DNA of 64,000 nt from the human T2T-CHM13v2.0 reference genome, Homo sapiens. The DNA is taken from assembly GCF_009914755.1 (NCBI RefSeq), contig NC_060947.1. One strand, given 5' to 3'. Of this stretch, positions 50,062-60,200 are shown piece by piece. A model generated the notes under the pieces. The model saw nothing but the letters and a program-made list of their open reading frames with translations, did no database searches and had not been told where the DNA came from. Position 1 is the stretch's first letter; every line of letters starts with the position of its first letter. A program made the translations under genes and the position numbers.

Positions 50062-51019
50062 GGAATACTACTCAGCCATAAAAAGGAATGAATTAATGGC
50101 TTTTGCAGCGACCTGGATGAGATTGGAGACTAATATTCTAAGTGAAGTAACTCAGGAATGGAAAACCAAACATTGTATGTTCTCACTCATAAGTGGGAGC
50201 TTAGCTATGATGGATACAAAGGCATATGAATGATACAATGAACTTTGGGGTCTTGGAGGAAAAGGGTGGGAAGGGCTTGAGAGATAAAAGACTACAAATA
50301 GGGTACAGTGTATACTGCTCGAGTGATGGATGCACCAAAATCTCTCAAATCACCACTAAAGAACTTACTCATCTAACCAAACAGCACCTGTTCCCCAATA
50401 ACCTATGGAAATAAAAAAAAAATTATAAAAAAATCTGTATAGGCATGTTAAAAAAAGGAAGGACAGAAATACCATTCAACTCAGCAATCCCATTACTGGG
50501 TATATACCCAAAGGAACATAAATTATTGTTTTATTAAAGACACATGCACACATATGTTAACTCCAGCACTATTTACAATAACAAAGACATGGAATCAACC
50601 TAACTACCCATTAATGATAGAATGGATAAAGAAAATGTGGTACATATACACCATGGAATACTATGCAACCATAAAAAATAATGAGATCATGTCCTTTGCA
50701 GGGACATGGATGGAGCTGGAGCCTATTATCCTTAGCAAACTAACACAAGAACAGAAAACCAAATGCTGCATGTTCTCACTTATAAGTGGGAGCTAAATGA
50801 TGAGAACACATGGACACATAGTGGGGAACAACACACACTGGAGCCTACTGCAGAGTGCATGGTGTGAGAAGGGAGAGGATCAGGAAAGACAACTAGTGGG
50901 TACTAGGCTTAATACCTGGGCGATGAAATAATCTTTACAACAAGCCCCCATGACAGAAGTTAACCTATGTAACAAACCTGCACATATATCCCTGAACTTA
51001 AAAGTTAAAAAAAAAAAAA

Positions 51020-51142
51020 GATTCTTGTATCCCATCTCGGATCTACAGAATCACAATCTCAAAAATGAGCCGTAAGAACCTGCATTTTAACAAGCTCTAC
51101 AATTATTGTGGTACATACTGATGTTTGAAAAGTACTGCCCTA
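51020..51142. mobile_element. MER5A-like hAT-Charlie DNA transposon, right part
   Basis: gatctacagaatcacaatctc...aacctgcattttaacaagctc...atgtttgaaaagtactg matches the MER5 pattern ctactgaatcagaatctc...tctgcattttaacaagc...agtttgagaaccactg. Confidence 0.7.
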
Positions 51143-51569
51143 GACACTCTTACCTCAGGCCGTTATAGTGAGTCCATACACTTAAAAATAAGCGTCTTTC
51201 CAAGTACTTTAAAGATTCAAAATGATAGTGGATCTGAAATGCCGCCTGAGTCCCCATGACAACGTGTACACTGTGGGGCCCAACCAATAAAGATAAGAAA
51301 AGCTTTGGCGGTCAAGCATACTTGGGAAGCTGCAGTTTCTAGAACAGTCTAGTAGAGGACAGCCTCTTCAGCAGCCTGCTAGGCATTTTTTTACTTCTTC
51401 CTTCTGTTATGCAGACAAGCTAACTGAAGATGCGGTTACTGAGATATAATTTCTCTGCTAGGTCACAAAGTCTGAAAACATGGGCCTTACGTGTGTAACT
51501 GTGTATCATCACCTGCCACCCCCAGTTTTTCCTGGCTCTACTAATCACCCAAAGTTCTGAATGCAGAAG

Positions 51570-51930
51570 CCCCAGGGGCCCCCGGAAGATCCTTCAAGCT
51601 GGCATCCTTGGCCTCGCTGCGGGGGCTTAGCTACCTGTGGGAACCCACGTAGCAAGGGTGACTCAAAGGGTTAACAAGCAGTGGCGCCGCAGAGTGGCGG
51701 GGAGTGCAGCCAATAGGGTGTCTAGGCAGGCAGTACGTCTGGTGTGGGCGGGAGTGAGCCAAAGTGTGCTAAAGGAAACCAACAGCGGCCTAGGGGTGAA
51801 AGGACAGCCAGGGTTAGATGTTCTGAGGAGGCGGGAGCAACCGAGAGAGCACGTGAGCATCTGTCCTTTCTACCCGTTCCTCTTTATCTTTAGTGTTCAG
51901 TAGCAGCGGGGATAGCCCGGGGCCCGGTGT
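51570..51930 (+). promoter_or_regulatory. UPRT: UPRT CpG-enriched, TATA-less promoter and 5'UTR
   Basis: Sharp rise in GC and CpG. Motif matches only: TGACTCA 51659-51665, GC-box-like ggcggg at ~51696, ~51747 and ~51830, CCAAT 51710-51714 and E-box CACGTG 51850-51855. The TSS cannot be determined from sequence. Confidence 0.75.
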
Positions 51931-52316
51931 ATGGCCACGGAGTTACAGTGTCCGGACTCCATGCCCTGTCACAACCAGCAAGTAAACTCTGCCTCAACCC
52001 CAAGTCCCGAGCAGCTGCGACCTGGCGATCTGATCCTGGACCACGCAGGGGGAAACAGAGCCTCCAGGGCCAAGGTGATTCTCCTCACGGGGTACGCCCA
52101 TTCTAGCCTGCCGGCCGAGCTGGACTCTGGGGCCTGCGGCGGCTCCAGCCTCAACTCAGAGGGCAACAGTGGTAGTGGTGACAGTAGCAGCTATGACGCA
52201 CCAGCTGGCAACTCCTTCCTAGAGGACTGCGAACTCTCCCGGCAGATCGGGGCGCAGCTTAAGCTGCTGCCTATGAATGATCAGATACGGGAGCTACAGA
52301 CCATCATCCGGGACAA
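51931..52316 (+). CDS. UPRT: Uracil phosphoribosyltransferase homolog, first coding exon (386 nt, ends within Lys129)
   Basis: MATELQCPDSMPCHNQQVNS...QLKLLPMNDQIRELQTIIRDK matches the human UPRT N-terminus as I recall it, and LQTIIRDK is the start of the UPRTase domain. Splice donor AA|GTAAGC at 52317. Confidence 0.95.
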
Positions 52317-52450
52317 GTAAGCCGAGAGCGGAAGGGGAAAGGGAAGTGGAGGGTCTTGCAGGCTGTGGGCGGGGATTGGAAGTAAAAGGGCTAAGAGACA
52401 GTGTTCTTGGCCTTGGCAAACTTTGGAGATTGGGGTAAGACCTTTTATTT

Positions 52451-52451
<1 letters not shown>

Positions 52452-52487
<36 letters not shown>
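52452..52487. repeat. (GT)18 microsatellite 135 bp into intron 1
   Basis: Perfect GT run. Confidence 0.97.
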
Positions 52488-52488
<1 letters not shown>

Positions 52489-53189
52489 GTGTAACTCGAA
52501 CGCCAACCTTCTCTTTCCAAGTTCCGGTGTCTAACATCACTTTGGGTGGGGAGGAAGACTTTAGGTAGCCTCTGGGCTCTTTGTCTCTCCCAGGAAAGAC
52601 AACTCCTTGGCCATTCCAGGCAGGTAAACTCCCCTATACTATGTGGGCAGTGCTTGTCCACATGGTAAACCTATAACCCAGAAATGGTTACTATCCAAGG
52701 TTATGCACTACCACCAATCACCTCAGGTTCATAAATAGAAATAAAGCAATTTCAAGGAAATTCTATTCAGGCCCTGACCCTTTAGTATTTGCTACTGCAA
52801 ACAAGGTCTTTTAGTCTTGGAGTTCAGGTTTACTTGATCACATGAAAGCTTATCGTCCAACTCTTATCATTTTTCACTGTAAACTCACAGAACATAGTTA
52901 ATGGATCAAAGGGAGCCTAAAGGAGCCTTTGGCCCTTCCTAATCCCACAAACCAATGTAGCCAGAACTTCATGTTAAAATGTAATTTTGAAATTTCTAAA
53001 CCTACGTTGTAAATGGGTTTTCTCCAGGGAAATATGTACCATGATGAACTACAGCTATTTTCTTTATTGGCAGCACTTTAAATGAGCAGCATATCAAAAC
53101 ACCCCTTTTTTAGTGGCAGGGGTTGGGGGGACATGCCTTGATCTTTTAAAAATGGCTACTGAATGACAGATGCCACTCCCTAAACCAGA

Positions 53190-54030
53190 CTCTAGAAACC
53201 TTGTCTTACACTATTGTAATAATACTGTTTCTCTGCTTGCAGTTTTTCCTCTCTTCCACATGCACCCATACATTACTGTACAATCAATCTTCATAACATA
53301 CATCTTTGATTCAGTAATTGCCCTACTCAGCAACCTTCTTTGGCTTCTCAGAGCCTACCAAATAAAGTCCAGGATCCTTAGCTTGATTGATATTTTTGAG
53401 ACAGGATCTTTCTCTGTCACCCAGGCTGGAGTGCAGTGGTGAGATCACAGCTTACTGTACCCTCATACTTCTGGGCTCAAGTAATCCTCCTGCCTTAGCC
53501 TCCTGAGTAGCTGGGACTACAGGGACATGGCACTGCCCCCCGGCTAATTTTTTATTTTTTTGTAGAGATGGAGGTCTTGCTATATTGTCCACGATGGTCT
53601 TGAACTCCTGGCCTCAAGCAATCCTCGTGCCTCGGCCTCCTAAAATGTTGGGATTACAGGTGTGAGCCACCATGCCTGGCCCCCTTAGCTTGGGATGAAG
53701 GCCCTTCTTCATAGTTCCTAGGAACAATTCTGAAACATATCTGTTTCTGCTCTCATCTGGAATTCCCTGTGTCTCCTTTATGTACGTTCAGGATACTTAT
53801 TCTTCAGGGTGAAACACAGCATTAAATAATTGTCCACCTCTGCCAAGAAGCTTCCCTTTAATCATTATTCCTGGCTTATCTTCCCTGGTCTTTTTAATGC
53901 AAGATTCACCTTCTTTTTCGTATATTGTTATTTTTGTATAGATCTTATCCTGCCTATGACATCTTGAAGGCAGAAATCTTTTACATTTTTGAATGCCGGC
54001 CATGCCTTGCAAATAATAGATGCTCAATTA
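53190..54030 (+). mobile_element. Decayed L2 split by an AluJ
   Basis: caaccttctttggcttctcagagcctaccaaataaagtcc...; 3' end-like atcttgaaggcagaaatc...aataagatgctcaatta. Confidence 0.6.
53386..53681 (-). mobile_element. AluJ, antisense in UPRT intron 1
   Basis: Full dimer with J-type features (cctggcctcaagcaatcctc). TSD ccttagcttg 53376-53385 / 53683-53692. Confidence 0.92.
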
Positions 54031-54374
54031 CTAGAGTTTTTTTGTAGCTCTTAAAATTACATTTATGAAACTATACTATTTTACTCTTTTTAATGAATCA
54101 ATATTGAAAACTACTGTGGTTATGTTATCTAATAGACAAAATAGTGATCCTAAAAAATAGGAGGCATAGGTTTGCTGTAGTTGTGGTAGGGTAGGGGCAG
54201 CCAAAATAAATCTTACATATACAACAAAGAAAAATAGATGATGATACTTGTTTCTATAGAGCAGAAGTTACTACGCTTGGGTCTTCGACTCCCTCGTACC
54301 AGTAGATGGGTTCAGGGCTTTAACAAACCCTCATAAATTAACTGGGAAATTTTACTCATATGAAGATTTTTAAT

Positions 54375-54872
54375 AGTTGTTTTTAAATAACATCTTTATT
54401 GAGATATAATTCACAGACCATACAGTTCAAGAATTTAAAGTGTATAATTCAGTGGTTTTAAGTATGTTCACAGCTGTGCATTCATCACCACAGTTTTAGA
54501 ACATTTGTCATCACCCCAGCAAGAAACCTCATGCCCATTAAACAGTCACTCCCCATTTTCACCCAACCCACCCAAAGCCCTAGACAATCATTAATCTACT
54601 TTCTATTTCTAATGGTTTGCCCATTCTGCACATTACATATAAAAAATGTCTATTCTGGACATTTCATTATCATACAATATGTGGTCATTTTGTGACTCAT
54701 TTCATTTAGCATGTTTTCAAGGTTCATCCGTGTGGGATCTTTCCTTTTTATGATTAAATGATACTCCATTATATGAATATACCACAATTTGTTTATCCAT
54801 CAGTTGGTGAACATTTGGGTGGTTTACCACTCTTTGGCTATTATGAATAATGCTGCTATGAACATTCACATA
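54375..54872 (-). mobile_element. L1MB-type 3' end, apparently inserted into a hAT MITE (54260-54362 and 54873-54960)
   Basis: ctttattgagatataattcacagaccatacagttca...aataatgctgctatgaacattc. The flanks read as two halves of a Charlie-like MITE. Confidence 0.7.
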
Positions 54873-55119
54873 TGTGCCTTTTTTTTTAGAGGGTGAGGAT
54901 TCCTTAGTTTTTTAGATTTCACAAAGTGTCATGATAATGTAAAGGTGAAGTGCCCTTGCTATAGCGCTTGGAGAGGGAATGGCATTTAGCATTCACATAT
55001 GACAAAATAATACCTGATTATATGTCATTAGTCAGAAAAACCTGGGTTATGTAGTAAACCTGGGTGTAAGTGGAATCCTTTTTTTTTTTTCCTCTAAGTT
55101 TGGAAGGAGACAGCAGGAT

Positions 55120-55285
55120 CCAGAGAAGTGATTTAGGCAATATGTTTAGCATCTCTGTGCTTCACCTTTATCATTTGTAAAATGAAGATGTTGGTAAATA
55201 TCACATGGAGCCCCTGGGAGGCTAAAACAAGATACTGTTCATGAATATTCATTATGAACTGTGAAGAGCTGTTCACATTTAAGGA
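55120..55285 (+). mobile_element. MIR fragment
   Basis: gtgatttaggcaatatgtttagcatctctgtgcttcacctttatcatttgtaaaatgaag. Confidence 0.65.
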
Positions 55286-56621
55286 ATTTCAAGCCTCATG
55301 TTTGGATTTGTGCATGCTTCTAATTGCATTCATAAGTGCTGTCTTCTTGATTTGTCAGAAGACAGTAAAATGAATTTAACTCTATGTGGAATTCACTTTT
55401 TTATCTTGAAAATGAATACTGGGATATTGTAGATAATTTTTATCTTGTTTTGATATAGTATGGAAAGACCCACCACAATTTTTAGTAATGTATTGCTGCT
55501 TATTTAGGCTGGGGACATTGTTTTTAGTTTTGTTTTTGTTAACCAAATTAGAGGCTTTATATTCCCTTTATCTTTAAAAAATTGTCATCCTCTCTCACAA
55601 GACCTGTTTTAGCCCCTCTAGGAGGCTGGTTTAAGGTGCCTATGGTAAGAGGAGCTATATTTACATAGGTCTAGTTATGGAAGGTGCCATCAGTTATCAT
55701 ACCCTGTTCTCTTTGGGGCTTATTCTCTTCTCTATTTTGATGTGACAGCATAAATGTGCACTGTGGAACTGTCCGATAATAGAAGCCACTGGAGTACATA
55801 TTTTTTCTTTTATTGTTTCTGGTCCTTAGCATCTATATAGTGAAGGGATTGCTTTGTGAATTGACTTTGGTATGGGGAAATCGGGATTGAGCCAGCAGGA
55901 CTGCATGTTGTTGTATATATGTGAAACAGGCAAGATTGAGAACATTGTCTGTATTGATTTAAAATGTCTTTTTAGATTTTGAAATGTGCAATATTTGAAA
56001 CATAATATGTTGGTTGTATTATTGAATTTCAAGGAAATAAATTTCTCTCTTTGAAAGTGCAGTAAACACTGAGTAGATTATTTGCTCAGCCATACGTATG
56101 TGGGTTGCTGGTGAACTTGGGATAAGAAAAAATTTCTTCATTTATGTCGTTTTGTTGTTGTTGCAATGGATTAAACCACACATCCTTCTCTTCTGCCTCC
56201 TTTATATACTAAACTCAGCAAAATCTGAGTAATGTGCTTTTCCTGTGAATATAGTTCATGACCTCATATTTAAAGGCAATGCAGTGTATTTAAAAGATCA
56301 TCCTCCCTGTCCAGTTTTTTGTTTTTTATTTTTTGTTTCCTGAAACATTAAAGCTGTTGTGTGAGCTGTTGAATGCTTCCTGTGTATTTGTCCTAGGTGG
56401 GGCTTTGGCATGGCCTCAGCAAGCTGCTTGTTTAAAAGTTTAGCAATGTTAGAGTATGTCAGTATGTGACATAGGACAAAAAAAGGAGCACATTCAGCCT
56501 TGTGACTCTCTTTAGTCACCTGGAGGGGAGAAAATTATCCTTAGGGTGAATGAACATCCTGTGTAACCCTAATGTGAGTGCAATCTAATGTGATTTGAGT
56601 TATGTGACTAAGTAATGTATT

Positions 56622-56765
56622 GTCCTTAACCAAAGCTGTGTGCATCAGAATTGCCTGTGGAGTCTCTCTCTCTTTTTTTAAAATACAAGTTCCTGACTCC
56701 CATCCTTAGCAGTTGTTTGTATAGTCTTGAGTAAAACCTGACCACAGGTAATTGTGCTGTGTTTA
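56622..56765. mobile_element. MER5-like fragment
   Basis: gtgcatcagaattgcctgtggag...aaaatacaagttcctgactcccatcc. Confidence 0.5.
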
Positions 56766-57263
56766 GACTGGGCCATTGCCCCTGGGAGAATGGCCAGTCT
56801 CCCTTGTGTGCTGATTTGCTAGCCTGCTGATTCGGGCTATAGATATGGTGATCCAGGGATTCCACACACTAAACAGAACTAGGCTAGAGAGCCTGACCTA
56901 GCATTACATCAACACTGGAGGAATCTCCCAACATTTCCTTCCAGCTTGCACAAAACCAAAATGCCCACCGCAGAAAAAAACTGTGACGTGCAAATTGTTT
57001 AAAACATGGACATATTTTCGGTTTTTGTGTGTTTCCCGTGTGAGTCCTCTGACTTTTAGAGCAGGAAGGAGGAAGTCACCACTAAGCTATACGGACCTCT
57101 GTTATAACATTTACTGGGCATATCCTGGTATACCTAACTAGACTGGACTCCAAGGAGGCAGAAAGGGGGTCTGACCTGGCACAGTCCCTGACACAAAGGA
57201 TAATTAATGTAGCAATTGTAATCAGATAAAACGATAGTTTCCCTTGTTTTTCTGTCCCATTTT

Positions 57264-60200
57264 TTTGCAATAATTTCAACATTTGTTTTATTTTTTTAAA
57301 GCTTTCAGGTTTCACTTATTTATTTTTTTCCATAAGTTATTGGGGTACAGGTGGTATTTGATTACATGAGTAAGTTCTTTAGTGGTGATTTATGAGATTT
57401 TGGTGCACCCATCACCCAAGCAGTATACACTGCATCATATTTGTAGTCTTTTATCCCTTGACCCCCTCCCACCCTTTCCTCCCAAGTTGCTAAAGTCCAT
57501 TATATTATTCTTATATCTTTGCATCCTCATAGCTTAGCTGCCACATACTAGTGAGAACATATGATGTTTAGTTTTCCATTCATGAGTTACATCACTTAGA
57601 ATAGTAATCTCTAATCTCATCCAGGTCACTGCAAATGCTGTTAATTCATTTTTTTAATGGCTGACTAGTATTCCATCATATATATATATTTGATATGTAT
57701 TCCATCATATATATATATTTGTTGGCCATTTGTATATCTTCTTTTGAGAATTGTCTATTCATGTCCTTAGCCCACTTTTTGATGGGATTGTTTGTTTTTT
57801 TTTTTCTTGCTGATTTGTTTGAGTTCCTCGTAGATTCTGGATATTAGTCCTTTGTCAGATGTATAGATTGTGAAGATTTTCTCCCACTATATGGGTTGTC
57901 TGTTTACTCTGCTGACTGTTTCTTTTGCTGTGCAAAAGCTCTTTAGTTTAATTAAGTCCCAGCTATTTATCTTTGTTTTTATTGCATTTGCTTTTGTGTT
58001 CCTGGTCATGAAATCTTTGGCTAAGCCAATGTATGTAAGCCAAAGTTATCTTCTAGAATTTTTATAGTTTCAGGTCTTAGATTTCAGCCCTTAATCCATC
58101 TTGAGTTGATTTTTGTATAAGGTGAGAGATGAGGATCCAGTTTCATTCTCCTACATGTGGTTAGCCAATTATCCCAGCAACATTAGTTGAAAAGGGTGTC
58201 CTTTCCCCACTTCATATTTTTGTTTGCTTTGTCGAAGATCAGTTGGCTATAAGTATTTGGGTTTATTTCTGAGTTCTCTGTTCTGTTCCATTGGTCTTTG
58301 TGCCTATTTTTGTACCAGTGCCATGCTGTTTTGATGACTGTGGCCTTATAGTATAGTTTGAAATCAGGTAGTGTGACACTTCCAGGTTTGTTCTTTCTGC
58401 TTAGTCTTGCTTTGGCTGTGTGGGGTCTTTTGTGGTTCCATATGAATTTTAGAATTGTTTTTTCTAATTCTGTGAAGAATGATGGTGGTATTTTGATGGG
58501 AATTGCATTGAATTTGTAGATTGCTTTTGGCAGTATGATCATTTTCACAATATTGACTCTACCCATCCATGAGCATGGGATGTGTTTCCATTCATTTGTG
58601 TCATCTATTATTTCTTTCAGCAGTGTTTTGAAGTTTTACTTGTAGAGGTCTTTCAACTCCTTAGGTAAATTCCTAAGGATTTTATTTTTTTTGGCAGCTA
58701 TTGTAGAGGGTTGAGTTCTTGATTTGATTCTCAGCTTGGGTACTGTTTGTGTATAGAAGAGCTACTGATTTGTGTACATTAATCTTGTATCCAGAAACTG
58801 CTGAATTCTTTTATCAGTTCTAGGAGCTTTCTGGAGGAGCCTTTAGGGTTTTCAAGGTAAAAGATCATATCCTCAGCAAACAGTGACAGTCTGACTTCCA
58901 CTTTATCAATTTGGATGCCCCTTATTTCTTTCTCTTGTCTGATTGCTCTGGCTAGGACCTCCAGTACTATGTTGAAGAGGAATGGTGAGGGTGGCATCCT
59001 TGTCTTGTTCCAGTTCTTAGAGTGAATGCTTTGAACTTTTCCCCATTTAGTATTATGTTGTCTGTGGGTTTGTCATAGATGGCTTTTATTACATTAAGTT
59101 GTGTCCTTTCTATGCTGATTTTGCTGAGAGTTTTAATCATGGAGGTATGCTGCATTTTGTTGAATGCTTTTTCTGCATCTATTGAGATGATCCTGTGATG
59201 TTTGTTTTTAATTCTGTTTATGTGGTGTGTCACATTTATTGACTTGCATACATTAAACCATCCCTGCATCCCTGATATGAAACCCACTTGATCATGGTGG
59301 ATTATCTTTTTGATGTGCTGTTGGAATTGGTTAGCTAGTATTTTGTTAAGGATTTTAGCATCTATGTTCATCAAGGATATCAGTCTGTAGTTTTCTTTTT
59401 TGGTCATATCCTTCCCTGGTTTTGCTATCAGGGTGATGCTGGCTTCATAGAATGAATTAGGGAGCATTCCCTCTTTCTCTGTCTTGTGGAATAGTGTCAA
59501 AAGGAATGTTTTCAATTCTTCTTTGAATGTCTCGTAGAAGTCTTCTGTGAATCTATCTGATCCTGGACTTTTTTTTTGTTGGTAATTTTTAAATTACCAT
59601 TTCAGTCTTGCTGGTTGTTATTGGTCTGTTCAGGGTATCAAATTTTTCCTGATTTAAGCAAGGAGGGTTGTATTTTTTTCAGGAATTTATCCATCTCTTC
59701 TGGGTTTTCTAGTTTATGTGTGTAAGGGTGTTCATAGTAGCCTTGAATGATCTTTTGTATTTCTCTGGTGTCAGTTGTAATATCTCCTGTTTCATTTCTT
59801 AGTGAGGTCATTTGGATTTTCTCTCTTCTTGGTTAATCTTGCTAATAGTCTATTAATTTAATTTATCTTTTCAAAGAACCAGCTTTTTGTTTCATTTATC
59901 TTATATTTTTTTTTTGCTTCAATTTCACTTAGTTCTGCTCTGATCTTGGTTATTTCCTTTCTTCTGCTGGATTTGGGTTTGGTTTGTTCTTGTTTCTCTA
60001 GTTCCTTGAGGTGTGACCTTAGAATGTCAGTTTGTGTTCTTTCAGTCTTTTTGATGTAGGTGTTTAGGGCTGTGAACTTCCCTCTTAGCACTGCCTTTGC
60101 TGTATGCCAGAGGTTTTGGGAGGTTGTGTCATTATTTGGGAGGTATGTGTCATTCAGTTTGAAGAATTTTTAAATTTCCATCTTGATTTTGTTTTTGACC

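Noticed and set aside
51637-51903. 88-aa upstream ORF in the UPRT promoter
   Set aside because: It starts at GTG in GC-rich promoter sequence, probably upstream of the TSS, with no supporting features.
52317-52320. UPRT as a single-exon 129-aa ORF ending at TAA
   Set aside because: The stop lies within the GTAAG splice donor and the UPRTase domain has only just begun, so the CDS continues in exons outside the window.
53386-53681. Exonised antisense Alu in UPRT intron 1
   Set aside because: The poly-T tail is eroded (ttgatattttt), giving a poor polypyrimidine tract, and no transcript evidence is available from sequence alone.
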